Shown: positions 41,200-53,887, counted from the first letter of the stretch. The stretch: 64,000 bases of DNA from Vicugna vicugna (GCA_013265495.1 MU058781.1:2644158-2708157); one strand, 5' to 3'. Notes: generated from the sequence alone by a model not told the origin. Numbers and translations: made by a program.

Positions 41200-42110
41200 G
41201 GAAGCAAAGATGAATAAAGTACATTCCTTTACGCCAAGGAATTTACAGTCTAGAAGGTGAGGCAGGAGAACAACGGGTGATTATAATCGGGTGTAATAAG
41301 TGTTATGCAAGAAGTCTGTACAGAGTTATTATGCAGGAGCGTTTGGGAGGGGCACCTCCACTTAATCTTAACCGAAGGATGACAAGCCTTAGAACAGGCA
41401 GTCAGACCAGGCTTGGTAAATATGTATGTGGAGGGGTTTTAGGAAGACTTCCCTAAGGAGATGACATTCACCTTAAATCTTAAGTCACTGGCGCAGAACT
41501 GCAGAGACAGTTTCATTGCAGGGAGAGGAGAAAAGCATGAGGAAGCTGCTAGAGGCAAGAGAGGGCTTGACAAGTTCAAGGACACTGTTCAGATACAGAT
41601 GGCTGGGAGGCAAGGCCATTTTAAAGAGTTCAGATTCATCTTGATGACTGGGAAATCAACAAAGGATTTAAAATAGTGGAAAAACAGAATTAGTTTTGCA
41701 TTTTATACATGTAAATCCCAGCATGTAGAATAAAGGCATATGATTGTTTGATTTTTGATTATCTGGCTTGATAAGGGATGAGGGACAGGGACCTTGCTAT
41801 ACTTGTTGGTTCATGTGATCTCCTGATTATGATGCTGGCTGTTAGCCTAATTTTCTCTCCATGAAACTTTTCACTGGAACTGCCTGTAAGTGATAAAATC
41901 AACTTCTTTAGGTTAATTGTCTTGCAATAGGGTGACTGCATTATGAAGAAAGTGAGACTAGAGGCAGGAGACCAGTCATGAGGTCGTTGAGCAATCCAAG
42001 GAGTGGAAGTGCTACCAGGAGATAGAATGGATGCAACTGGGAAGGAGGGGGTGACAGAGACACGGATGTCTTGTACTATTTCTGGCCTGAGCAACTAGGA
42101 GGATGGTGAT
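41200..42110 (-). mobile_element. L2 LINE fragments (interrupted at about 41730-41925)
   Basis: aaagatgaataaa...caaggaatttacagtctag; gactagaggcaggagaccagtc...gcaatccaag; tttctggcctgagcaact. Confidence 0.6.
41745..41910 (+). mobile_element. Ancient interspersed repeat, copy 1 (probably Tigger15a-like 5' end)
   Basis: Homologous to 42695-42850; start gtttgatttttgattatctggcttgataaggg resembles a Tigger-type terminal repeat as remembered. Confidence 0.5.
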
Positions 42111-42295
42111 AAAACAACAGCTAACATTTACTGAGCACTAACTATGGAGTGATACTACTCCACCCACTTTACATACATGAACTCACTGATTACTACAACA
42201 ACGTGAAGATGTAATACTCTTCACATTTTACAGATGAGGAAATGGAAACACGAAAAGAATAAATAAGTAGCTTGCCCAAGGTTACATAATTAATA
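42110..42295 (-). mobile_element. MIR SINE
   Basis: acagctaacatttactgagcact...cattttacagatgaggaaatggaa...cttgcccaaggttacata. Confidence 0.8.
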
Positions 42296-42694
42296 AGAAA
42301 CAAATTTAGGAGTGGTTAGTTCATAGATGCTGAAGGAAAAAAAAAAAAAACGGATGGAATTACCCAGAAGGCATTTGTTAGGTGAGAAAAGGAAAGGGCC
42401 AAGGGTAGGACCTTGGGAAATTCTGATATTTCAGGAGTTGGCAGAGGAAGAGACACCTGTGAAAGAGATGGGGTTGCATCAGCCCAAGAGTTGAATACCT
42501 CGGAAGACAACAGTGTGATAGATGCCAAGGGCCTCCATGTTGGGATTGCCAACTGCCTCTTCCAGAGGAGGAAATGGAATCTGGGAAGTGGTAGAGCTGA
42601 GTCTTAGATGCTGTAGTCTTCCCACTGCTCCTTGGCCCCTTGGTGATTAAGGCAGCCTTTGGAGGATTGACATACGATTTTTATTTTTATTTTT

Positions 42695-42850
42695 GGATTC
42701 TTGATTATCTGGGATGATAAGGGATGAGGGACTAGGACTTGGTTATGAAGTAAAATTCAGATCATCCCTTTATTATAATGCTGGTGGTTAGCCTAATCTC
42801 CTCTGCATTACATATTTCACTAGAGCACTTACTGAGTTAGAAAGTTAACT
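42695..42850 (+). mobile_element. Ancient interspersed repeat, copy 2 (probably Tigger15a-like; may extend further right)
   Basis: ggattcttgattatctgggatgataagggatgaggg...ttataatgctggtggttagcctaat; 103/148 identical to copy 1 by manual count. Confidence 0.5.
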
Positions 42851-44054
42851 GATGTAGATGTTGTATCTTCTTTACTCACCACTAAAAATACTGGCTGGAA
42901 AGCATCTAGGAGAAGCAGCAGAAGACCCCAGTTATCTCCCAAATACTCACTGTTGGTATGGTTAAACTCGATGGCTTATAGCTTGCAAAGTTTGTTGGCA
43001 ATCCTTATTATTTACAATAATTGCCAAGTTAACCTCATGGAATATTTTCCCTAGATTAAAATTCAGCAAAGGACATCAATTCTTGGAGATCTCGGCTTTT
43101 CTTAGGCCACTGGGTAGCTGGTCATTCCCTTTCCATTTCTTGAATTGAGCCAGCGCTGGTCTTCATCCTTGCAACAGCATTGTTGGGGTGGGGGTGGGGG
43201 AGTTGTGCAGCTCCCAGGGGTCCCTGAAGGTGTTTAATCCCGGATGCTTGCCCACTCTTCCTTAGACTAGTCACAGCCACGTAGACCTTTCATATATGTC
43301 ACATACACCATACATTTGCTTTTCCTTCATATCCTACATTTAAAAATCTCTTACAAAAGCCACCTTGTACACTTGAGTCCTTTATCAAGTTAAATGCTTG
43401 GCTGAGTTTTTAAAAGAATACTTTCTTTTCAGCTGAAGTTTTATATTTTTATTCTTTCCCCCCTTCTCTGGGAGTGCTTGCAGCTAAACTCCCAGCTTAA
43501 TAGTCATAAACCCATCATAGTCTCTGCTTGTATAGCCTTTAGCTGAACTTGTTAATTTTTATTTATCAGTTTACTTGTTTGGCTGTTTCTCTCATCATCT
43601 TAAAGATCTAAAGAGACAGGAATTGCAATTCAAGCTCAGCACTCTGTTTATTCCAATGCACCGCACTGTACCGAGGTAAGGAGGGGAGGCACATCCTCCA
43701 AACATGGCCCCAAGGAAAGGAGATGGGAAGAGCAGAGCTGCCCACTCCTGAGGCTCCCCGAGAAGTGTAGTGTTAGGTAGTCACTTTCAGGGGGAAGTCA
43801 GTTTGAGTTTGGAGTTGGAGGTCCGTTTGAGCTGGGAACTAGAAGATGAAGTGTTGGGATGGGGGATAAAGGAGACTGTAAACCAAGACAGGAGCTGAAA
43901 AGAGGACTTAACACACGTATGAAGTTGGAAGGATGGGACCAGGGGTCAGAGAGAGATCAAAGTAGGGCTGGTTGAGGATAAATTTTGCTAAGTCAGGGAG
44001 TCTGAGAACAGACTTTCTCTTATCTATCCTTTTACACACTCTTCCTCTGCAGTG

Positions 44055-44056
<2 letters not shown>

Positions 44057-44094
<38 letters not shown>
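44057..44094. repeat. Poly(T) run, 38 nt
   Basis: Uninterrupted T homopolymer. Confidence 0.97.
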
Positions 44095-44096
<2 letters not shown>

Positions 44097-46059
44097 AAAG
44101 TCACTTCTCAGAAAGATGCCATTTAGGAAAATTTGAAGAGGAAATCTGACTGGTGAAACAAAAATGCTAAGAACCTTAAATGAAACTGCAACCTACTATT
44201 CTTTCCAACCGTGAAAGAAGGAAAACCCAGAATGAAAGCAGACAACATCATAGACTTTTGGAGAGGAGATTTCAAAACTTACAGTGAAAATTAGCTATAA
44301 ACCCCCAGGATTGTAAAAAGGGAAAGGATTTAGAAACTATGGGAAGCTAAAAGTATGACTTGATTAAGTATAACTATGAGAAATCCAATTAGAAACCATT
44401 CTGACGAAGGAAAAGAGAAAAATTTGTTTAATAAACCAGGAAGAAGTCTTATTGGAGTTGCTTGCAAAAAACTCACACAAAAAAAGTAAGAAGCAGAATA
44501 TAACCAAGTATAGATGTAAAGATGGCTTTAATCTATCTGTGAAAAAATAGTTCTGCAATAAAATAAGAGAAAAGAAAAGCTAGTTTTTGGAGTGAGCTGA
44601 CATTTCCAAAATACTTAAGCAGAGCAATCGAAAGGTCTTTAAAACATGCGTTCTCAATGGAGATGAACAGCACCAACTCTGCCTTTGAGATTTTGTGCTG
44701 ATGTGACCAGGAGAGCAAATTTCTTTCTTTATATTCTGTAATAATTTGGTCTTACTAAGAGCATAGTTTTGCTATTAATAATAACTTCACACTCCACAAT
44801 AACCTTTTGCATACACTAGTGTTTTTTCAATAATACTTGAACATTTTTTCCTAGCATATTGTCATAAATGGGAAAATCTAAATTCTTCATTCTTTATCTT
44901 CTTACTTAAGGCATTTAGAGCTTTATGTATATATTTGGTTTAGCATCTCTATAGCCCAATAGAAAACTTCTATGACAAATTTCATCCCAGATAAATAAAG
45001 AATTAGAGGCCATTAAAGTGAAAGAGGCTTTTTTTCTCTAATAACTTTTTTCCTTTTTTATTTACAAACTACATTTTCTCCACTGCTCACTGCATAGCTT
45101 GAGTCCTACATTTTCAGCTAGAATTAAGATCTCAGATGCTCTACCTAGAAACCATGTCTTCATTCAGATTGCCTAATCCTTCCTCTTTCAGAATCTGTCC
45201 TTTGTGTTTCAAGGCTTTCATTTTTGACTTTTCAAATTAAAGATCTCTGCTATTACTTACATTTTCCCTAGTTGACATCCAGTAATAGAGCTTATATAAA
45301 ACTGTCCCTCCATTCTTCTTTACTTCTTTTTTTTTTTTTACATTCTACACTTGATAATGCCTTGTTCTTTCTTTTTTATGGATCCTTGACTTAAAAAGAA
45401 TTGCAAGTGAATCTCGGTATACTTCGTTAATTAAACTTGTCCAATTGGCATGGTTGTCTCAACTAAAGAGCTCGGCTAAATACTTTCATTTAGGCATCTT
45501 GAGATAAGTAGCAGATATTTTCTCATTGTATAATGGGAAAAGGCAGATAGAGAGACACCAAGTACTTTGTGTGGCTGAGTGAGGGGATATTTAATCCGCT
45601 GATGCTAGTTCCTGATGACCATGTTATTACTAAGAGTTTCACTTTCCTAAGAATTGGGTGTTCTCATAATTTATCATTCTGGCTTAATTATAAATTGGGT
45701 CATTTTCCCTCCTTAAGTTCTATTTTTCCAATGTGTGTGTGTGTGTGTGCAAGTGTGTTTTCTGTGCCTGCTCTTACATTAGTGGGTGGTGGCTATTCCA
45801 AAGGTGGTTGTCATTTCCAGGTTCCTTGCAAGGAAACAAAGTCCTGGAAAATTACTAAGAATTTATTACTTACTTATCACTCCTTAAATTACATAGCTAA
45901 GGTTTTGAATCAATATCATATCATCTTTAAGTGAAAGAAATGAAGTAAGTATAGATTTGATTGAGAGAAATTAAAAAGAATAATAAGGATTAAACTGTCC
46001 TAGGTGATTTCTAGTCATCCTTTGAGAGCAGGGAAAAAAATCCGTATGTCTACCCACCG

Positions 46060-46080
46060 TCTCTCTCCCTCCCCCCCCCC

Positions 46081-46111
<31 letters not shown>

Positions 46112-46138
46112 CACACACACATACATATATATATATAT
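46060..46138. repeat. Compound microsatellite (CT)n-Cn-(CT)n-(TA)n-(CA)n-(TA)n
   Basis: Read directly. Confidence 0.95.
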
Positions 46139-48419
46139 AAAGTAGATGTTAACCAATCAAAGAGGGGAGGCAGGTGCTTTGTTGGAAATCTCTGTCTGTA
46201 CTGGGAACCTGTACTCTGCGGCCCATTCTGGGAGATTCAAGTCATCATAAAGAGGCAAAATGCTGCTTGGAAAGTGCAAGGGTATGGGAGAGAATCGGGG
46301 GAAAAGGAGGTTGCTGGTGCAGAGACCTGGTCACCAGTCCAAAAAGATAGTTTCTTCCAGATAACGTACAAAAATAGAATGGATGTCGGGGGAGAGAGGA
46401 CAGCCAGAAAGAAACAATGCCGTAAAATGCTTTATCTAGAAAATGTTGGCCCTCGCGGAACAGTCTTGAAACAACTTTGGAAAAAAGTCTTTAAACCAGC
46501 TACTTTGCAGTTCACAGAATCTTTTCCATTTTGTAGCAAGATCGTGTGCTTTACATGAACATTATGAGTTGCAAGAGTCTCTAACTTACGCTTCCGTGCT
46601 CCCCTCACATCCCAGGAAGGAGGAGGGCTGAGAACTGGGCCATAGCTTCATGCCTGGTCTTCCTCCTCCTTCCTCTCCTCCTCCTTCTAAAGTAAGTCTG
46701 CAGTACTTCTCCCTGAAGTCCTGCAAAAGCCTGAAATTCAGCCATAAGCAGACACCTCCTGTAGGCCTTCATTTTAATCCCTTTTTCTTTTCCCCACATT
46801 TCTCTAAAACAAATCAACACAATAAGGGAGCAACACACACAATGTCATCAAGCCCCATTCTTTGTTCTTGTGACTCATAGACATGGGAAAGAAATGTATT
46901 TCAATGTCTTTTGAATTCCCACACTGTCCTTAGTAAAAATTACACTCAGAGAAAGATGATAATCAATAAATGTTAAATAATATTAACGAAAAGTATATGG
47001 GTGTTTTTTTAAGCTTCTCAGAAAAAAAAAATCTGAAGACATCAATTTCCAGGAAAATGATTCTTGTCCCCAGTCCAAAAGTTTTTTTTTTCCCATCAAG
47101 AGAACAAATTAAAATAAGTGCAAATGCCAAATCAAACAAAATCCTTAGCATTAAATATATTCTGGGACTTGTGAAATTAAATTAGCATTTCTAAATGAAT
47201 CCAATGCCCTTTTAAAAAAGTAACCCACTATTTCCCCAATATTTTTTCTAAGATGACAACCAGTAATAAATATTCTTTCCTTTTCCACTGCACACTCATA
47301 CTTAAGAAAAAATATTATCTGGAGAGAAATTTAATTTTATCAAAATCATAGTTTAAAGAGGGAGGTTTGAGTTACTTGCAGGTAGGTGGCTGGTAAGAAT
47401 AATAAAAATAATCCTTGTACTAAATCTTTTCTCATGAAAGAAAGAGATAAGGAAAAATGTAGGAACTCAGAGAACATTTCTAAACCTTTATAGTGAAGAT
47501 TTTTTCTTCCCTGCAAATGGCTGAGTCCAAAAAGGAGATAGGCAAAATGTGGGAATAACTTTAACTCACTTAATATTTTCTAATACAAATAAAATCCAGA
47601 CCTTCTAATGGTGACATAGTCCATACAATGAACTGTCAAAATCATCTGACCTTATTCATTAGGAAAAAGTTCCTCTTTGTGCCCCATGTGAATCCTTAAA
47701 ATTTCAGAAATCACAGAGTGAAAACTATAGACATTGTACATTATCCTGGCACATTACAGAGATATTAAAAATATCGACCACATATGTCCCCTACACAATC
47801 TTTCTCTCTTGCATCATCATCAATCACCTGGTCCCACTGGAACTATAAAGCCAATAACCAAACCAAGTTGCTAAAATTCCCTCCCCTCTTACCCATTTTC
47901 TGTCCTCTGAAACAGCTGCTAACTCCTCTCATCTGTGAAGATCTTTCCTGCTATCCTTTAAAACCTTCATTCAGCCTCTTTCATTCTATGGTTATTTCTT
48001 GAATCATTTAGTCCCTCAGATCCCTCGTTTTCTTGTAGGTACCTTTGCTTCCCTCCCTCCTCCCAAGTGTTGCCTTTCCCCTCTGGCTTTTATTAATTCC
48101 ATGTCAATCCACTGACCTATGAATATGAAGTCGTCATACCTTTACACTGAAATACACAAAGTACATAGAATTACTTTGGACACCCAGTGGGGGCTCACTA
48201 CACCTATATGCACACAACACTGAATAACAGAAGCTTTCTGATTTCAGATTTCCAATCTGAAAATGAATTTCAAATGAATCATTTTCTTGCTACTTTCCTA
48301 GGATAGTTTTGGAAATTTCAGCAGGGCACCAAAGACCTTTTATTACACAAAGTTGAGAAAGAGTTAAGACTTCCGGCTTATTTTTTTGCCATTAAATACA
48401 AGGTGCAAAAGAAACTTTT

Positions 48420-48743
48420 CTTCCAGCTCTATAGAGATATAGTTGACATATAATATTGCGTAAGTTGTGTTGATCTGATACACTTATATACTGCAAATTA
48501 GTACCACTGCAGTGTTAGCTGAACCTTCATTACATCACATGGTTATGATTCTTTTTTAGTGAAGAGAATAAGATCTACTCTTTCAGCAAGTTTCAAGTAT
48601 ATAATGCAGTATTGTTAAGTATAATCACCATGTTGTACATTAGATCCCCAGAACTTATTAAACTTCTAAGTTTGTATCCTTTGACCAACATTTCCCCATT
48701 TCTCTCACTCACCCCATCCCCATCCCCTGATACCAGTATCCTA
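48420..48743 (-). mobile_element. L1 (L1MA-type) 3'UTR fragment with TSD
   Basis: gagatatagttgacat...tgttgtacattagatccccagaacttatt...tttgtatcctttgaccaacat; flanks CAAAAGAAACTTTT (48406-48419) and CAAAAAAACTTTT (48744-48756) with a TTTT/AAAA endonuclease site. Confidence 0.85.
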
Positions 48744-49974
48744 CAAAAAAACTTTTAAAAACCAAAAAGAAATGCATAATTAGTAGTGAAATGGTGTCAC
48801 AAAAAGGGGTTAACAGCAGTGGACTTAACCAGAGTCACCCCACCCTTGCGAATGTCACACACATGCCACTTGCTTAGGAAAACAGAAAGGTACCCATCAT
48901 ATTTACACCACAGCTATTCTCCAGAATTAGTTCCTTTTACTGTACCTTTCAAACACCTGGAAGAAAAGCTTGTCTAGAATGACAACATAAATTAGGTTTA
49001 ATGAAGTGACTTGACTCTGTTCCATGTACCCTCAAGTGGTATTAATTTTTAACCCCTGCATCAGAATCTCTTTAGTTCCACAGGTCATGAATGACATAGA
49101 ATTAAGGAGAAAAAGATGGGGAGGCAGCTACTGGCTGTGACATTTTTCTGGTCTCTTGGATGTGTGAAATATTACAATTACTATCCCATTCCAGGCTATA
49201 GGTTCACGTGTGTGTGCGTGCGCGCGCAAAAACACTTAGGATATTTAAACTGGGGATAGAGGGTCAAAATAGACAACTGCCAAAACATTGAAGCCATAAA
49301 CCAAGGAGAAGTATGAACTAGGAAATTTTTGGACTGTGAACTCCTTGTTTTTCTAGGTTCTGGGTGCCAGAATTTCTGTTTCTTTGAAATGCATCCATAT
49401 GAGAGTTTTGATGTGGAATATTTAGATATTATCTTGAAAGTAGACTCAGAGAGTGGAATTAAACCAGGGCTTAATTCTTAACATAATAAGACATAAGATA
49501 TCAGAGTGGAATGAATGGTGTTCCCCAAGAGGGGTGAGCATGCTGGGGTTGGTATATCAGGTGACAGTATCTGGCAGGACAGTTTTTATTTCTAATAGCC
49601 TAATGAACACACTAATTATGTTTATTTTAATCTGTATTAAACCATGATTTCATGTACCTTATTTAACTATTAAAATGTATATTATTTAACTATATAAACC
49701 ATGATTCCATACATATTATTGCTCAGGATGGTAGTGACAGTTTCTTAAAGTTATTCAAGTAAAAGAAGTCAGTTGAAAGAAAAATATTAAGTAAAAATCT
49801 ATGGGTGGTGCACAAATATGGTAAAAGTTGTGAAAGGTTTCTGAATGTCTGAGGTTTAGGAAACACTAGGTTAGAGAACTGGACATATTCTTTTAAACTA
49901 AATACCAACTATCTGTCATCATCTTAAGGATGAACGTGCCAAGGAAGTACAGTTGCATTTGGTACATGGTTCTC

Positions 49975-50455
49975 TTTCCTTTCTTAATTGAAGCATAATT
50001 GACTTACAATATTATATTAGTTTTAGGTGTGCAACATAGCAATTTGATATTTTTATATATTACAAAATGATAAGCCTAGTTACCATCTGTCACCATGCAA
50101 AATTATTACAATATTATTGACTATATTCCCTTCATTATATATTACATTCCCACGACTTCTTTATTTTATAACTGGAAGTACCTCTTAATCTCCTTCACCT
50201 ATTTCGCCCAGCACCCCACCCCCGACAACCACCAATTTGTTCTCTGTATCTATGAATCTATTTTTTAGTTATGTTTGCCGGCTGGTTTTGTTTTTTTTAG
50301 ATTCCATATATAAGTGAAACCATATAGTATTTTCTTTCTCTGTTTGACTCCACTTAGCAAGACACCCTCTAGGTCCAACCATGTGGTTGCTTACGGCTGA
50401 GTGCCATTTCATTATATATACACCACATCTTCTTTATCAATTCATCTGTCGATGA
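49975..50455 (-). mobile_element. L1 (L1MA9-like) 3' end fragment
   Basis: taattgaagcataattgacttacaatattatattagttttaggtgt...ttagattccatatataagtga...cacatcttctttatcaattcatctgtcgatg. Confidence 0.88.
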
Positions 50456-52083
50456 CTCTTAATGTTCTATGTTTTTTAAATGCATGGGATGAATCTCTTT
50501 TGAGCATCATCCTATCTCCTGTGCCAACTGCCATTATATTTTGGACCCAGGGAGAAGCTGTGTTTGTTCATGACTCCCGGAGGTGTGTAACATGTCATGG
50601 TGTAATGTCTGGGGTGCACAACCTTTTATACAGTGCCATGCAAAGTAGGGATGTCAAACAGTCAACAATGTACAATTGAACCAGGCCTGGTGGCCTGGAG
50701 AGCTTCACCATCTCTACAGTAAGCTACTCCCTATTCTTTGTCTTCTTGTCAAGAAACGAAATGACTGCTCCTTTTGCTGAGCTCAATGCCATGTCTCACC
50801 CCAGATTTACTGGCTTGGCAAAGATGCAAATTTTATTACGCAAAAGTTGAGAAAGAGCAAAGCTGAAAAATGCTAAAAACAGTACACTTTGCTACTGTGC
50901 AGTATCTGTATTTGGGGCCCAGGGTGTTTTATTTATAGCTATCTATTAATACATAGCAAGAGATACAGAAGGGAACACATAAGAAATAGCTTTATCAAAT
51001 AGTTTCCAGTATTCAAGTGTAACATTACAAGGAAGAACAGCAACAGAAAACTGTTCCACTGGGGGAAAAAGCCATCTCTTTACCTCCTCTCTCCCTTCCC
51101 TTTCCTCTCTGAGGAGGGCTGTGTCTGCAAAGAGCTTTCCCCCTGCTAGATCTTGGAGGGCTGGGCAGGTGGACTTGGAGGGAGGTGGGCTCTCCACTTC
51201 TATTCCTTTGTCCAGGAACCTCCTCCTCTCCCACCTCCCTCCCTAGCAAGGCTTTAAGTGAAGGAGCAGTGGGAGCATCAAGCTTGTAAAACTTGTTTGT
51301 TGGGGTTCTTTTTCCCTCCCGCTCTCGGTTCTTGGCAAAATATCTTGCTGGGCAGCTGCCTGGCAATGCCATAGCTGCCTTCCCTGTGCTTGAAAGGGGC
51401 TCCCCTTTCCTCCTACAGGAAGAAAAGAGGCTGTGGCAAGAGCTGGAGATGGAGAGATGGGCAGAGAGGCAGATCCCACCACTGCCCCTGGACACATGGA
51501 GAAAAATGGAAACACACACAGGCGCACGCTCACCACAGGTGCACACCCACGTGAGTGTGTATCTTGGAAACTCAAGATTTAAAGATGGGGGCAAGATGGT
51601 CCTTGGAACAATGGGACCTTTCCAGGTCCGAAAACCTGTGCATTTACTTGAAAAGAAGACCCTGGGTGAAGGGTGGGGGTGGATGGCTGCTGCCCACTTT
51701 TTGTATTTGTAATTTAAATACTTCACAGGATGACACAGGGGATGTGGGGGAGGAGGGCTGTGGGAAGATGTGTGGGCAGTTGCATTCTGCTTCACTTCTC
51801 CTGATTTTTGGGCGTCACTGGCACCGGTCAGGGCAGCCTCACCAAGGCAGGGGTGGCATGGAGATGGGCTTCCCTGCCGGAGGAGCCAGACTGGACCTGG
51901 AAAGGCTCCCCTCATTTCCAGGGAGGAGCTGAGGACAAGCTGGTCCTGGCTGTGGCCAATGTTTGTTAAAGTTGCCAGGAGGTTAAAAAAAAAAAGGTGT
52001 GGGATCCCTGCCAAGACACACTTCCCAGGCCACTTCTCCCAGGACAGCGGGGGGGGGGGGGGCTGGGAGCCTGTGAATGTGAC

Positions 52084-52169
52084 NNNNNNNNNNNNNNNNN
52101 NNNNNNNNNNNNNNNNNNNNNNNNNNNNNNNNNNNNNNNNNNNNNNNNNNNNNNNNNNNNNNNNNNNNN
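52084..52169. other. Assembly gap (86 N)
   Basis: Run of N. Confidence 1.
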
Positions 52170-53806
52170 TTGGATCCTGAATGTGACATCAAGTCTCCTC
52201 CACTCTCCTGTGTTCTGCTGGTGGGAAGAGGTCAGAACACACTGGCCAGAGCCGAGGCAGGCAGAGCTGGCTCCCTGCTTGGTGGCACCTAGTCCTAGGG
52301 GAGCTGCACCCTCCCCGGCCCCAGAGCTGGGCTGAGGTAAGCACCCGGAGGAGACCCCTGGGGACTGAGTGGAGTGGTGGGGGCAGGGTCCCTGCCTCTC
52401 CCCTATTTTCAGCTCTTGCTGCAGTGGCTTGTTTAGGGGGCAGATCTCATTATGGAATGGGTACTGCTACTGTTACTATCTCCCCCGCTGTGACTTCCGG
52501 GGAGGTCCAGGGGGACCAAGTGTGCCCAGGTCCATGGCTTTGGTGTCAGGATAAAATCTGTCCTTTCCATTCTAAAGGTGGAGAGTAAGCAGACAGAAGC
52601 AGGAGGAAATGGTTCCGTTGGAGCCTCAGGAGTTTTCGAAATGAGCCCACATTCCAATCCTGGGGTGTATGGGGGTATTGGCGAAAAAAAAAAGATGAAG
52701 AAATGGCAGAAGCATCTATTTGATGGTTTCCCTAGGAGCTAGACAAAGGCACATCTTTTTCCTATGCAGGCAAGATGCTCTAGTTTTATCCTGAGAGCTT
52801 TACTCAGCCACACTGAGAACTTTGATGGAGCACAGAACTTGTGGGTGCCTCAACTTTCTCATTTGAAAAATGAGGCTAATTGAAAAAGGCACATGTCTTA
52901 CATTCATGTTTTGCTCTATACATTACAGCATGTTGTCTCCACTGCAGTAAGTGCCCTGTGGGGACCTCAGGGGTATTTCATGGTTATACAGACAGGAAAT
53001 TGCTTTGAAAACATAAACATATTATTAAAAGTGAGGTATTGTCTGATCCCTTATTCAGCTCGGGCATTTCCTCCTTCCCAAAACCACCCTGGTTGTGCAG
53101 TCACCTAAACTTGTACAAGAACACCCTTTTGACTTAAAAAGATGAAGCCAAAAAAAAAAAAAAAAGGGCTCCTACAAAATGTCCCGATGTAGGAACCAAA
53201 TGTTATATTCTGAGGGGCATCTCGCCTTCTGTGTCAGGCGCCATCCCTTTCTTTCCTAAGCTCCCGTCTCAGGTGGTTGAGTTTCCTTCTGTTATTTGGA
53301 AGCCAAGGCTGTTCATTACCGTTTGTCCTTCGAAAACATCAGCCCCAGTAGCTCTTCGTCGCCCCCTGGCGTTCCTCTCTCGCTATTTCTTAAAATTGGT
53401 GCTCCTGAAAGCGGGGCGATCCGGGATAGGGGAGAGGGTGAGCGCACACACACAGCGTTTATGAGGGCTACTAATCAGCAATACTGAACGCATTAGGTAT
53501 GTGCCTGAAAGAATTCTACTTTTTTTAAACTTCCTTTCTTTGCCAGTTGCTCTCTGATCTTTCCCACTGTGGACGCAAAGAACTTAAGCAAAACAGACCT
53601 GGAGGAGGGGGCTAGAAGTAAGAGAAAAATGCATGGATCTGCCAAAATAGTTTGACCCCCGAGTCGGGGGAGGGGGGAGCGCACAGGGAGAGCCTTCCCT
53701 GGTCTGATCAGCACTAAGAAATCGGAGAGACATAAAAGGCAAATGAAGAGAACAACAATTAAAAAAAATTCCCCGCACACAACAATACCATCTATTTAAA
53801 CTGTGG

Positions 53807-53844
53807 CTCATACTTTTCATACCAATGGTATGACTTTTCTGGAG
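53807..53844 (+). promoter_or_regulatory. Endothelial-specific enhancer element (ETE-like)
   Basis: CTCATACTTTTCATACCAATGGTATGACTTTTCTGGAG at about -359 to -322; resembles, from memory, the murine Edn1 -364/-320 endothelial element. Confidence 0.7.
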
Positions 53845-53873
53845 TCCCTCTTCTGATTCTTGAACTCCGGGGC

Positions 53874-53887
53874 TGGCAGCTTGCAAA
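53874..53887 (+). promoter_or_regulatory. NF-1-like site
   Basis: TGGCAGCTTGCAAA at about -292. Confidence 0.55.

Noticed and set aside
42695..43180. Possible endogenous bornavirus N-like element on the minus strand (short translated patches LTIPTV, PRCFP, SKEDT, plus an A-rich end)
   Set aside because: The patches are in different frames and need large deletions to be collinear with bornavirus N. The segment is better explained as a Tigger-type repeat with a second nearby copy. A tBLASTn with Bornaviridae N would settle it.
46004..46558. 184-aa ORF
   Set aside because: Non-ATG start, runs through a compound microsatellite, no recognisable homology or splice structure
53062..53071. NF-kB-like GGGCATTTCC at about -1100
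   Set aside because: One mismatch to GGGRNYYYCC and I cannot confirm orthology to a validated site, so it is not listed as a feature
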